Source: a virus (Duplodnaviria; Caudoviricetes). Taken from it: a DNA stretch of 62,202 nt. The notes below the pieces were generated by a model, which was given only the letters and a program-made list of their open reading frames with translations, did not search any database and had not been told where the DNA came from. This document shows positions 38,300-47,399 of this stretch, piece by piece; the stretch's first letter is position 1, and each line of letters begins with the position of its first letter. The DNA is taken from positions 1-62,202 of the IMG/VR virus record IMGVR_UViG_3300032516_000021, one strand, 5' to 3'. The position numbers and the translations under genes are program-made.

Positions 38300-39152
38300 G
38301 CAAGTTCTGTCCGTTCCCTGGAGCGCACATTGTTTCGATATGCGCGTAAAATCGTTCTTCGGTTTGTGGACTACCAAGTCCAGCGATTAGTATCTCTTGA
38401 AAAAACTCTGCCGACTCCGGCGAGTTCTTCTCCCAGTTTTTGCCGAGTCCCTTTTTCAGAATGTGCCCGAAGGCATAACCGGCCATGCGCCCGAAATCCC
38501 CAGTCAGAATCGGATATTGTTCGGGTATCCATTTTTTCAGTGCAGCCACAACGTCACCAGACAGTAGTGGTTCCCGCCTCTTCACTCCGATCAACTTCAG
38601 GACATCAACCTTTTCTTGGTCGGTTAACTTACCGTTATTCCCCGAAGGCGACTTTGTCGCGTCCCCGTCTTCTGTTTTAACTGGTGAGGAAGGAAGGTTA
38701 GGAAGGTTAGGAAGGTTAGGAAGGTTAGGGGCATCGCTTTGGCACTCTTTTGGTGTACCAGTGGCAGTGCCACTCGCATTACCAGCCGCACTTGATCGGT
38801 ACTTGTCCCAACGTGATTTCGCATTGAGTCGGTTGCGTTGTTTTAGCGCAGATAAATGCCCTTCATGTTCTTGCCAGTTATGGAGTTTGGTGGTTCCATT
38901 ATATCTATCTATAAAGCCAGTCTGTATCAATGCTTCAATCATTTTTCCCTTCTTACCCCACCAGTGACAAATCTTTTCGAGGTCAGCATCAGAATAATTC
39001 GACAAATCGCCGTCGGCCTCGTGATATTCAGCCGCATAAGACCATAACCTGAGGGGTAAAACCTCTGAACCGCGTCCAAGTACGCCGATCAACCTACGGG
39101 TCTTAGGATGATCAAAATATCGGGTGTCAAGGTTTAGATACGACATCTTCAT
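38247..39152 (-). CDS. Phage replication initiator (O-like / DUF4373-type N-terminus)
   Basis: LDTRYFDHPKTRRL...LRLWSY...IEALIQTGFID..LHNWQEH; low-complexity linker; directly upstream of DnaB. Confidence 0.8.
   Translation of the reverse strand: MKMSYLNLDTRYFDHPKTRRLIGVLGRGSEVLPLRLWSYAAEYHEADGDLSNYSDADLEKICHWWGKKGKMIEALIQTGFIDRYNGTTKLHNWQEHEGHLSALKQRNRLNAKSRWDKYRSSAAGNASGTATGTPKECQSDAPNLPNLPNLPNLPSSPVKTEDGDATKSPSGNNGKLTDQEKVDVLKLIGVKRREPLLSGDVVAALKKWIPEQYPILTGDFGRMAGYAFGHILKKGLGKNWEKNSPESAEFFQEILIAGLGSPQTEERFYAHIETMCAPGNGQNLHEWCHNARKSISAKATV
38692..38727. repeat. 4 x 9-bp tandem repeat GGAAGGTTA (candidate iterons/origin)
   Basis: Perfect copies at 38692, 38701, 38710 and 38719; encodes (PNL)4. 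Confidence 0.9.
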
Positions 39153-39318
39153 CCTCTGGCATCAACTCGATAAATAGATCGGCTAATTGACGATATAGGT
39201 CGTTTTGGACCTCATCAACCATACAACCGTCATTATTCCAGTCGGCCCAACTCGGACTTATTTCCTTTTCGATCAATGCCTTGACCTTCTCAAAGATTTC
39301 CTTGTGAACGTTTCTCAT
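39127..39318 (-). CDS. Hypothetical protein
   Basis: ATG 39318 after a GGAG RBS. Confidence 0.55.
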   Translation of the reverse strand: MRNVHKEIFEKVKALIEKEISPSWADWNNDGCMVDEVQNDLYRQLADLFIELMPEDEDVVSKP

Positions 39319-39370
39319 AGGGAACTCCAATACAAAAAGCCCCCATCCGTCATTAAATAACTTTTGGACA

Positions 39371-39811
39371 TTAGGCGGCCTTCTCTTTCTTATGAAGTTG
39401 TCGATGATGCTTAGGGCAGAACCAGACGATTTCTAATGGTTTAGAATAGTCAGGATGATGCGCATGTGTTTTGTCATTACCGCAGATAACGCAGGGTTCC
39501 CGCTTTAACTTGCCCCTGAAAATTCTAACAGCAATAAGAGTGTGAGCACGAGCGCGATCAGGGTGTTTGCTGCGGTATCTCCTTGTTTGAACCGTTTGCA
39601 ATCCGGGATGGGTCTTTCTATAATTTTGCTGGTATTCAAGCTCCCGTTCTACGTGCTTCAAATAGCGAGTGTAGCGTTGTTCTTTTGATTCTTTTGGACG
39701 TTGTAGTTCTCTTCTACATTCCTTGCAGTAACAACATAGCCCAGAAGGACGACGGCGATTGCGGTGAAAGTCATCGGGAAGTTTGTCTGTCTTGCATTTA
39801 GCGCAGATCAT
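39371..39811 (-). CDS. HNH-like Zn-finger endonuclease
   Basis: CAKC..CKEC; PCVICG..HAHHPDYSKPLEIVWFCPKHH. Confidence 0.82.
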   Translation of the reverse strand: MICAKCKTDKLPDDFHRNRRRPSGLCCYCKECRRELQRPKESKEQRYTRYLKHVERELEYQQNYRKTHPGLQTVQTRRYRSKHPDRARAHTLIAVRIFRGKLKREPCVICGNDKTHAHHPDYSKPLEIVWFCPKHHRQLHKKEKAA

Positions 39812-39822
39812 TTGAACTCCAT

Positions 39823-39894
39823 AACAAAAAACCCCCTTCGAGCTTCGGTGTGTATGTCAGTACCGTTAGGCAATGACCCGAAACCCTCCGGGGG
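39823..39894 (-). terminator. Long leader hairpin followed by a U-run (attenuator-like)
   Basis: CCCCC-GGAG..TTTCGG-GTCA...TGAC..CCGAAG-CTC..GGGGG-TTTTTTGTT on the minus strand. Confidence 0.55.
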
Positions 39895-39939
39895 TATTGT
39901 AAACTAAGAAATTGGACGATACTAACATACACAAGGGTC

Positions 39940-39968
39940 ACAGTACCACATATCATGTTTGTTGTCAA
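39940..39968 (-). promoter_or_regulatory. Sigma-70-type promoter
   Basis: TTGACA-17 nt-TACTGT with extended -10 TG. Confidence 0.65.
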
Positions 39969-40015
39969 CAAGAATTTCCTACACGTTTTGCAAGCGCTGT
40001 TGTGAGTGGCGGGCG

Positions 40016-40342
40016 TCATAATAGCTGTCCCTGTCGTCTTTCTATTAGTTCCCGTGCAAGCCGCTTTTGCAGTGAGCAGTTTTTAAGCTGTACCAATGCG
40101 GTCTGCTCAATGTGCCGGCAGACCTTGATAATTTCCTCCGGCTCCGCAAGCCAATAGCCCTTGTCGCTGCCATTCCGTTTCGATCCGATCAATGCGAGTG
40201 AGTGCTTCTTGATATACCCGACGACCATGCGCACGTCACTATCGTCATGCCAGCCGAGTTCGGCGGCGATCTCGCGTCCCTTCATTCTGCCCCGTTGCTG
40301 TAGCAGGTCGATCAGGCGGGCGGCGAGAAGGTCGTGGGTCAT
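40016..40342 (-). CDS. Winged-HTH DNA-binding protein
   Basis: MKGREIAAELG..DSDVRMVV..I...IGS...GYWLA. Confidence 0.65.
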   Translation of the reverse strand: MTHDLLAARLIDLLQQRGRMKGREIAAELGWHDDSDVRMVVGYIKKHSLALIGSKRNGSDKGYWLAEPEEIIKVCRHIEQTALVQLKNCSLQKRLARELIERRQGQLL

Positions 40343-40346
40343 AGGG

Positions 40347-41315
40347 TTATTCCTCTGCCTCAAATAAATTCTCCTGCTCTTTAGCGCGCTTGCCTCCGTA
40401 AGCCAATTGTACGTTTTTCTGTGCTTGTCGATAGTAGCTCGGTTTGAGCTCAATCCCGACTCCTAATCGCTCTGCACATAATGCGCAATATACTTCGGAC
40501 CCAACCCCCATGAATGGGGTCAATACTTTTTCTCCAGGATTAGACCACAAAACCATAACCCGATCAATAACGTCGAGCTGTAACGGATGTACGTGCTTCT
40601 CATCGTCCGAGTCTTTTGAAGCAATAAACGGCAGCACCCTACCAATGCGAATATCATCCCAAAACGCCGAAGCGTATTGACGCCATATCCAATGCGAGTA
40701 CCTGTTTTCAATTTGATTCCCCGACCAATTGCGGTACTTGAGAAGCTCTTTGGGCACTTCCCGCCCCCCCACGTACTCGCTCAATCCTGTTGGATGGCCG
40801 ATAGGAGTTTTGTTTTCCCCACCTTTGCGAAAGACCAAAAGATAATCAGCGGAGGCGACACTGCATCTACTGGAATCTTCGACAATGGTTTTGTGTGCAA
40901 GGTTCTTCGCCATTGTGCGGTTACGCACGGCAAGGGGTTCCTTCCATATGGCATACCTCGCTATGTATTTCCATCCATGTTTTTCGTGGAGTCTAATAAT
41001 ATCTCCTGGAAAATCAATCAAATGATCGGTTCCATGATTCCCGCTCGGAACATCCATGCAATGCACGGCGGTCATTCTCCCCTCCATCGTTAGACGAGCG
41101 ATCTCCTTGACAACAAAAGCGTAGTGTTCAAAGAATTGGTCGTAATCACTACAGTTAGACAGGTCTTTTGCACTACTTGAATAGTTGTATAATCCCCCGA
41201 ACGGCGGGGAGTAAATTGACAGGTGCATGGAAGCTGTCGGAAGTGTCGCCATGACCTCTATGCAATCGCCGTTGTATAGGGCATATTTGTTTGTGATGTC
41301 TTGGTCTATCAGCAT
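40347..41315 (-). CDS. DNA methyltransferase (N4C/N6A, beta class)
   Basis: GDCIEV, motif IV YSPPF, HVHPLQLDVI, motif I VLTPFMGVGSE, GIELKPSY. Confidence 0.92.
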   Translation of the reverse strand: MLIDQDITNKYALYNGDCIEVMATLPTASMHLSIYSPPFGGLYNYSSSAKDLSNCSDYDQFFEHYAFVVKEIARLTMEGRMTAVHCMDVPSGNHGTDHLIDFPGDIIRLHEKHGWKYIARYAIWKEPLAVRNRTMAKNLAHKTIVEDSSRCSVASADYLLVFRKGGENKTPIGHPTGLSEYVGGREVPKELLKYRNWSGNQIENRYSHWIWRQYASAFWDDIRIGRVLPFIASKDSDDEKHVHPLQLDVIDRVMVLWSNPGEKVLTPFMGVGSEVYCALCAERLGVGIELKPSYYRQAQKNVQLAYGGKRAKEQENLFEAEE

Positions 41316-42718
41316 GTAACCCTTTCCTGTTTCTCAGATTCTTGCAACCAGTTGGGCACTTCCTCTTTCTTGGTAAAGGCGATGTTGGTGTCGATGTGTT
41401 CCGCGTCATTCATGTATTGGCAAAGACTCGCAAACATCTTGTTCGCGGCCTCACCCTTGCGTTGAAGATTCCGCAACACGTTCGCCTCCCCTTTGGTTGT
41501 TATTATATCAACTTTCACATTTTCCTTTTGACCATACCGCCAACACCTACGTACACTCTGGTAGTATTGCTCAAACGAATGTGAGGGAAAGCAGGCAACA
41601 TGCGAACAGTGTTGGAAATTTAGTCCCCATGCTCCGATCTTCGCCTTTGTAACCAACACTCGTAAATTGCCACGTACAAAATCAAGAAACAGTTCTTCTT
41701 TTCGAGCATCCGAATCTTTCCCGCTCACTTGTTTGCTGTCTTTTATGAGTGATTCCAACTTGTCACCTTCGTCGTTAAGGTGGCACCAAAGAATAGCCTG
41801 ACGATTTGTTTCGCTCACAAGAGACGCCATTTTTTCACACCGCTCATTGATACTTCGGCGTCGTTCGGCGCGTTGTTCTTTCAGTCCGATAGCAGGTAAG
41901 TTAAATAAGAATCCATCGGCAATGGTTTCAACATCAACATGGTGTTCTTCTTCAATAAGCTCAGGAAGAATAAAGCCATCATCGTCAAATCCCAAGTCAG
42001 ACGGCTTCCGACACGACCTCGCCCATGAACTAACCCAACGCCAAAACGGAATCTCGGCGTGTCCCCTGAATCGCCATTTGCCGGATTCACTTAGTTTGTT
42101 CTGGAATCTCATCGGGCGAACTGTGTTTTGATCGTTTTTGAAAAACCTATTCAACATATCAGTATGACCAAGTTCCCCCAATGCCTCTGAACTCGTACCT
42201 AATTCGATGTAATCATTTGGGGCAGCCGTCGCGGTACACAGCAGGCGGTATCGCATCTTCTTCATAAATTCGGTTATCTCTTTTCGCCTGACCCCGTCAA
42301 ATGATTTCAAGATGCTGGATTCATCGCAAACACAACCTGCAAAGTCATTGGGATCGAAGTAGTGCAAACGCTCATAATTAACGACGTTAATCCCGGGGCG
42401 AAACTTACCATCGGCGCATCGGTATGCTTCGATTCCGAATTTATGAGCCTCCTCTATTGTCTGATGAGACACAGCGAGTGGCGTCAAAATCAGAACCGGT
42501 CTATTTTCTTTCCGCACTATATTCTCAGCCCATACAAGTTGCATCGGGGTTTTGCCTAAACCGCAGTCGGCGAAAATCGCAGACCGTCCTTTTCGTATAG
42601 CCCAAGTCGTTAATTCTTTTTGAAAATCAAAAAGGAAATCGGGTATCCATTCTGGTTCAAATCCATCCGTCTGACCTAATTGTTCCTTGCGTTGCAAAAA
42701 CTCCTCATAGTCATTCAC
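41309..42718 (-). CDS. SF2 (SNF2-like) helicase
   Basis: FADCGLGKT, DESSILK, TATAAPND, GLNFQ, QSVRRCWRYGQ; GTG start with GAGGAGG RBS. Confidence 0.92.
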   Translation of the reverse strand: MNDYEEFLQRKEQLGQTDGFEPEWIPDFLFDFQKELTTWAIRKGRSAIFADCGLGKTPMQLVWAENIVRKENRPVLILTPLAVSHQTIEEAHKFGIEAYRCADGKFRPGINVVNYERLHYFDPNDFAGCVCDESSILKSFDGVRRKEITEFMKKMRYRLLCTATAAPNDYIELGTSSEALGELGHTDMLNRFFKNDQNTVRPMRFQNKLSESGKWRFRGHAEIPFWRWVSSWARSCRKPSDLGFDDDGFILPELIEEEHHVDVETIADGFLFNLPAIGLKEQRAERRRSINERCEKMASLVSETNRQAILWCHLNDEGDKLESLIKDSKQVSGKDSDARKEELFLDFVRGNLRVLVTKAKIGAWGLNFQHCSHVACFPSHSFEQYYQSVRRCWRYGQKENVKVDIITTKGEANVLRNLQRKGEAANKMFASLCQYMNDAEHIDTNIAFTKKEEVPNWLQESEKQERVTC

Positions 42719-42935
42719 TGCCTGTTTTCGCCTCCTCGTATCGTAAACAAATTTTCTCAACATCCTTTTCTTCGATGGCGTCCCATAATGACCGCAACTT
42801 GTCGGGGTCAATCCCTAATAGGTATGTATGCCGATTTGCTCGAATACAACGACAACAGCAATTTCCGACACGACAGTAATCTTCGTGATCCTCAAATGGC
42901 CGACCAATCCTGTCCTCGGACGCGGGGATAATCAT
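42711..42935 (-). CDS. Hypothetical Cys-containing protein
   Basis: Coupled small ORF. Confidence 0.5.
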   Translation of the reverse strand: MIIPASEDRIGRPFEDHEDYCRVGNCCCRCIRANRHTYLLGIDPDKLRSLWDAIEEKDVEKICLRYEEAKTGSE

Positions 42936-43606
42936 AGGGCGAGTACCTCCTGCGCGAGGCGTTGCTCGGCGATCTTACAGTAATCCAGATTGATCTCAAT
43001 CCCTATCGCCCGCCGTCCGAGATTTTTAGCAGCCACCAGCGTTGTGCCGGAGCCGAGGAAGGGGTCGAGGATGGTTTTTGCATCATCGACTAAACGCAGA
43101 CACCACTCCATAAGAAGAACTGGTTTTTGTGTTGGGTGCTGTGCTCTTTGACCACTCTCGGATTCTTTGTAAGCACCTATCCAAAGATGATGGAAAACTC
43201 GGCTCCTGCCGATACAGTTTCGAGTCCATGCAATCTCAGTGTCAGCTTGTCGTATATTGACATCGTCTCGCATGGTTTTGACCCACGTTAACCATTGCTT
43301 CGATTTAGGTAGTTGGTTGGCAAAGCAATTTCCTCCCCACAAAATCAACCTACTATATTTGAGCATTGGTGTTGGGTCAAACGCGGCATTGTCACCAATG
43401 ATGTTCTGGCGTGCGATTCCGTCCTTGTACTTGGAATGGCTGGCATCGTAATCTATTCCGGATGGCGGATCAGTCAGCACCAAATCAATCGCCTTGTCGG
43501 GTATCTTTGGGAGAACAGTTCTGCAATCCGCATGAATTATCACGTGATCGCCGTACTCGCCTGCTTGGTAGGCGGCAAAAGCGAATGAGGCAGAGGGGAT
43601 AATCAT
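42932..43606 (-). CDS. DNA methyltransferase (N6A type, beta class) with atypical DPPS motif IV
   Basis: IIHADC, DLVLTDPPSG, HPTQKPV, ILDPFLGSGTT, GIEI. Confidence 0.88.
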   Translation of the reverse strand: MIIPSASFAFAAYQAGEYGDHVIIHADCRTVLPKIPDKAIDLVLTDPPSGIDYDASHSKYKDGIARQNIIGDNAAFDPTPMLKYSRLILWGGNCFANQLPKSKQWLTWVKTMRDDVNIRQADTEIAWTRNCIGRSRVFHHLWIGAYKESESGQRAQHPTQKPVLLMEWCLRLVDDAKTILDPFLGSGTTLVAAKNLGRRAIGIEINLDYCKIAEQRLAQEVLAL

Positions 43607-43884
43607 CGCACTATCCTACTCCAATTGCTGATGATCTTCTCCGGTGATAGACGCTGGATGTCTACGGGGTTGAAACTCCGTACCGCCGGCCGAGCAATAG
43701 CGACCTCGCTCCATGCTTTGGGCTTCTTCTTGTAGGTCAGGTTATAGACCCGCTGGTATTCTTTCGCCTCTTCCCGATGCGCAAGATAGTAGTCCTTCTG
43801 ATACGCCTGAGTTCGTCGCTTGCGTTCGCCTTCGCTGAGTTTCGCTGTTACTGTACGGCGTCTGAGTCGTCTGTGCTTCGTCAT
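43603..43884 (-). CDS. Basic hypothetical protein
   Basis: Coupled ORF; Y..Y..(HRE) repeats like HNH linker segments. Confidence 0.5.
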   Translation of the reverse strand: MTKHRRLRRRTVTAKLSEGERKRRTQAYQKDYYLAHREEAKEYQRVYNLTYKKKPKAWSEVAIARPAVRSFNPVDIQRLSPEKIISNWSRIVR

Positions 43885-43896
43885 CGTGACTCCGAG

Positions 43897-44358
43897 TTAG
43901 TTGACCGTCTCTGACAGCGTATCAATCGCCGCCTGCTTCTCCGCCTCCGTCTGCGGCTTCCTGTCGTCCAGCTTGAGGCCGATTTGTAATTCCTCAGTCG
44001 TGAGAGTGCGGCTGGCAAGTACCTTACCAGTATCGAGACGCACCGTGCTTTTTGTCTTTGCCATGTAATCGGTCACTACTTCACAATCGACCTGGCGGCT
44101 AACCGTTTTTGATCGCACCTGCTCCGAGTACAGATTTATGTCAGCTTCGCAACGCGCCGTCTGCGACTTAAACTGACTCTTCACACTCTCGAATTCATCC
44201 TTAACTCTGTTAGCTTCTGCCCAAGCCGCCGCCATTTTTGCGGCTGCGTCGGCGAGTTCATCCTTGGTCAGTTCGCATGGGAGGACTTGCTGAATGCGCT
44301 CTCTGCGCGTCGTGTCTTCTGTTGCTACTTTTGCTTTCTTGGCTGGCATTGCTTCCAT
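43897..44358 (-). CDS. Hypothetical coiled-coil protein
   Basis: LPCELTKDEL...RQVDCEV..D..TVRLDTG..SRTLT.EELQ pattern of phage ORFs. Confidence 0.65.
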   Translation of the reverse strand: MEAMPAKKAKVATEDTTRRERIQQVLPCELTKDELADAAAKMAAAWAEANRVKDEFESVKSQFKSQTARCEADINLYSEQVRSKTVSRQVDCEVVTDYMAKTKSTVRLDTGKVLASRTLTTEELQIGLKLDDRKPQTEAEKQAAIDTLSETVN

Positions 44359-44435
44359 CCTTGGTTATCAGTTCCTTTTAGGTGAGCCGGGGCACCCCAC
44401 GTACCCCGGCCCTGTGAGTGCCACCATGTCGGTGG

Positions 44436-44579
44436 TTACTGGGTATCGTCCCTCTTCTTCATTATGGTTAGTACCCCGTGTGTTGCTTGCTTGCGGACGT
44501 ATCTCAGACCTCGCTCAAGGCCGCAGAAGTAGCCAAGAGCGAAGGCCAGAATCGCAAGCATCACAATCAGCCAGTTCAC
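44436..44579 (-). CDS. Small membrane protein (47 aa)
   Basis: Manual translation MNWLIVMLAILAFALGYFCGLERG...; GTGA overlap. Confidence 0.55.
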   Translation of the reverse strand: MNWLIVMLAILAFALGYFCGLERGLRYVRKQATHGVLTIMKKRDDTQ

Positions 44580-44917
44580 GGCTTCAGCGTCACCGTTAAA
44601 TTGCCGTGAGTCGCTTCCGGTGTCGCCGGTGCCATTGCCGTAAAGATTGCCTCAAGGATAATCGGCTTTACGTCAGGGCCGAACTTTGCGTCACCTGTTA
44701 CGGAGACAACAACTTGATCCCCCGGCTGGAATGCACTGGTATCAGCGATGGTTATCTTCTGACCATCACCTTCGGCCTCGACAACAATCCGCTGGTCGCT
44801 GGACTGCCAGTTCTCTGATTCAACGTACCGCTCAATTTCCTGATCGTCGAGCCAGACCGAGTCTGCCGAATACTCAAGTGATCCGACTTTAATTTCAAAA
44901 TCCACATTGCTCGCCAT
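44576..44917 (-). CDS. Hypothetical acidic protein
   Basis: AGGAG RBS. Confidence 0.6.
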   Translation of the reverse strand: MASNVDFEIKVGSLEYSADSVWLDDQEIERYVESENWQSSDQRIVVEAEGDGQKITIADTSAFQPGDQVVVSVTGDAKFGPDVKPIILEAIFTAMAPATPEATHGNLTVTLKP

Positions 44918-45035
44918 TAACTTCTCCTTGTTCGTGTTATTTCCTATCCCCTTGCGGGGCGTGAGCTCAATTCAACCGGCGGCTGTGTGGTTGCCTTCGT
45001 TCGTCAGCCGCCGGCGCCGGTTGACTGTTACCGGA

Positions 45036-45911
45036 TTATTTCTTGTCCCCAAGTTCAAGTTCGTGCCCCTGATGCGTCGTTGGATCGCCGGGGGTTAAGT
45101 CAGTCTCACCAATCTTGCTGGCCGGTTCTGTGACATCAACTTCTTTGCCAGCGAGAGGGAACAGCGTATCTGCCGACTCGGCTCCGTCGTCGAGTGCCTT
45201 GATATCGCCCTGTAAGATTACAAGGGTATCAATATCCCAAGCCCCGAACTTCTGATTCAGCCGATCTTCGACCCGTTCTTGGGTGACACTATGCTTTGCC
45301 AATACCTTCAATGCGTATTGTCTGGCTGCCGCGAGACCGTTCTTTTCGATATACTTCTCAAGTTTTTCCCGCACACCCTTCTTGGCCTGCTCAATCATCG
45401 CGTCAATCAGCCAAGCCGGAATGAAGTTCAGGATCACATTGCGGGCGGCTTTGCTCTGACCAATCTGAAAGCGAATATCCTCTTTGCGAAATTCATCGAG
45501 TTTGCCGTAGACTTGCCAGTTCTTTGACTGCCGGAATTGACGCATGATTGTGACGCCGCGCTCAAGGTCGATTGCAGCGGCGGTGAAGATGTAGGCGGTC
45601 GGCGTATCCTGCACTGGCAGCATTTCCAGCGCCGAGTTGCCCCAGTTCATCAGAGCGATCATGGCGCATTTGATGCTCGGCCCTTCAATGCGATCTTTGC
45701 CTGCCGACCAGCCGTAGTAGATTGATTCTCCGGCTAAGTTGGCCTCTTCTTGGCAACGTTTCTTCACGTCCGTTAGGTTACGCTCCTTCTGGACGGCAAC
45801 AGCCGTAGCGTAAGTCGTCTGCATTTGGCGGACAGTTGCACCTGCCGCGATCATCGCTCCAGCGGTATTAAAAGCGTCGCCGGTCTTGTCTTGTCTCTGT
45901 ACTTCGTTCAT
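45036..45911 (-). CDS. Putative recombination (single-strand annealing-like) protein
   Basis: IEGPSIK.A....WGN..AIDLERG...GQSKAARNVIL..IP; adjacent to the exonuclease. Confidence 0.6.
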   Translation of the reverse strand: MNEVQRQDKTGDAFNTAGAMIAAGATVRQMQTTYATAVAVQKERNLTDVKKRCQEEANLAGESIYYGWSAGKDRIEGPSIKCAMIALMNWGNSALEMLPVQDTPTAYIFTAAAIDLERGVTIMRQFRQSKNWQVYGKLDEFRKEDIRFQIGQSKAARNVILNFIPAWLIDAMIEQAKKGVREKLEKYIEKNGLAAARQYALKVLAKHSVTQERVEDRLNQKFGAWDIDTLVILQGDIKALDDGAESADTLFPLAGKEVDVTEPASKIGETDLTPGDPTTHQGHELELGDKK

Positions 45912-45928
45912 TGTGTTTTCCTTCCGTG

Positions 45929-46747
45929 TTAGTCCCTCTTGCTGAAAAAACAACATGTATCTGCGAATCCACAAAAACGGCGTGAGCACATAAAATCGTC
46001 AGCCCGTGCCGGGGTAAACGCTTGATGCCCTGATTTAACTGATTCAATGATTTCGATTGCCCGCTCGATACGCTTTAGCACTGGCGGCAACCACTTGTCT
46101 TCGGGCATCGCTTCAACGGTCACCGCTTTTGGTACTTTCGTCTTGACCAGCGAGTCGATATAGACGTGCTCCGGTAGCTTGCCGTGCATCACCTTGTGAG
46201 CGAGCGAGTAGACAGCCATTTGCATTGAAGCCGCCGCGTCTTTAGTCGGTGACGTTGCCGCCGTCTTAGTGTCCCGAATCGCCGTCGCTTCTCGAATGTC
46301 AATGCGACCGGACAGGTCGTATGGTTGATTCTTGAGTGTGATAACCCACGGCTCCTCAAGTGCGACCGGCTCGATGTTCGGCGCAAGTTCAGTGTAGTGG
46401 AGCGTCGATAGCGCAACTGACATATCAACCATGTCAGCCAATGTCTGCTTGAGATCCGCCCCTTCATCTTCAGTGAACATCATCCCGCCATTAAAGCAGG
46501 CGTGGACGCTGTCTCGCGCTATGTCGGCGACGGCCTCAATTGGCAGGAGTTCTTTGTTCGTCAACTTATTGGACAGGTTCGCGTCGACGCTCTTGTGCGT
46601 CGATATACCAGTAACGAGTGCGACCCCGGGCGGAATGATTTCCTCTCGCTCCCAGACTCCGAAACGGGCGCCGTACCGCCGTTGGAATTGGACACCACAG
46701 CGTGATAGCATGTCCAACATGCTGAAATGTATTTGAGTCTTGCTCAT
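45929..46747 (-). CDS. PD-(D/E)XK (RecB/Cas4-like) exonuclease
   Basis: SML..C..Q, LSGRIDI..IRDTKT, MQMAVY, C-terminal CSRRFCGFADTC. Confidence 0.88.
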   Translation of the reverse strand: MSKTQIHFSMLDMLSRCGVQFQRRYGARFGVWEREEIIPPGVALVTGISTHKSVDANLSNKLTNKELLPIEAVADIARDSVHACFNGGMMFTEDEGADLKQTLADMVDMSVALSTLHYTELAPNIEPVALEEPWVITLKNQPYDLSGRIDIREATAIRDTKTAATSPTKDAAASMQMAVYSLAHKVMHGKLPEHVYIDSLVKTKVPKAVTVEAMPEDKWLPPVLKRIERAIEIIESVKSGHQAFTPARADDFMCSRRFCGFADTCCFFSKRD

Positions 46748-46992
46748 ACCGGCTGCTCCGTTGTCGCGTCTTTTAGGTCGGTGATTTCGTCGTCAAGGGC
46801 ATTGTACTTGGTCGAAAACTCATCGTATTCCGACTGCCATTTCTCTCGCTCTTCGCGGTACTCATCTATATGTCGTTGGCAATCAGCGATATTGATTTCA
46901 CACAACCGCACTCTCGCAGCCGCGTCATTACGGACGCTTTTGGCGTAATCCCGCTCGGCTTCTTTAACTGCTAATTCATTTCGTACTGACAT
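46744..46992 (-). CDS. Coiled-coil hypothetical protein
   Basis: GGGAG RBS before MSVRNELA; coupled to the nuclease gene. Confidence 0.55.
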   Translation of the reverse strand: MSVRNELAVKEAERDYAKSVRNDAAARVRLCEINIADCQRHIDEYREEREKWQSEYDEFSTKYNALDDEITDLKDATTEQPV

Positions 46993-47083
46993 GCGTCTCT
47001 CCCAGACGATATTCAAAAGTTTAGTCGAGCAAATTCACCATCAACCATGGCAAATTCACCCCTTGTGAGTTCAATCGTTTTCA

Positions 47084-47308
47084 TCACAACTTCGCAATCT
47101 CAGCACTCACGGCCTTTAGGCTCGCGGTGATTTGCTCTTGCGATTTGGCCAATTCCTGAAAGGCAACCTCAACTGCCGCCTGTTTCTTTACTGACTCGAC
47201 GCGCGGCAGGTCAAGGCCAGTGAGCATCGTGATAACTTCCTCAATCAATGCCTGCTTCTTGGCGGCGCCATTCGTCAGCGTGACTTCCTGTTTGTCTACC
47301 AATTCCAT
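47084..47308 (-). CDS. Hypothetical protein
   Basis: GGAGG RBS. Confidence 0.6.
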   Translation of the reverse strand: MELVDKQEVTLTNGAAKKQALIEEVITMLTGLDLPRVESVKKQAAVEVAFQELAKSQEQITASLKAVSAEIAKL

Positions 47309-47399
47309 TTTCCTCCTTCAAAATCCGGCCTTAGTTTCCTGATGTCCGCGATCAACCGACTCATGCCAGCGTAAGCGTAGCCGTTTGTGAGGATGAAGA

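Noticed and set aside
38692-38727. Telomere-like TTAGG repeat linked to the TROVE protein
   Set aside because: Internal to a coding region, only four units, and no reverse transcriptase in the genome; the resemblance is probably coincidental.
44972-45024. GC-rich intergenic hairpin (also one at 44386..44410) as ncRNA
   Set aside because: Single stems without paralogs, covariation or U-tails; most likely mRNA stability or processing elements.
45929-46747. Cas4 as part of a CRISPR system
   Set aside because: Context next to an annealing-like protein fits a phage recombination exonuclease; no cas1/cas2 or array.
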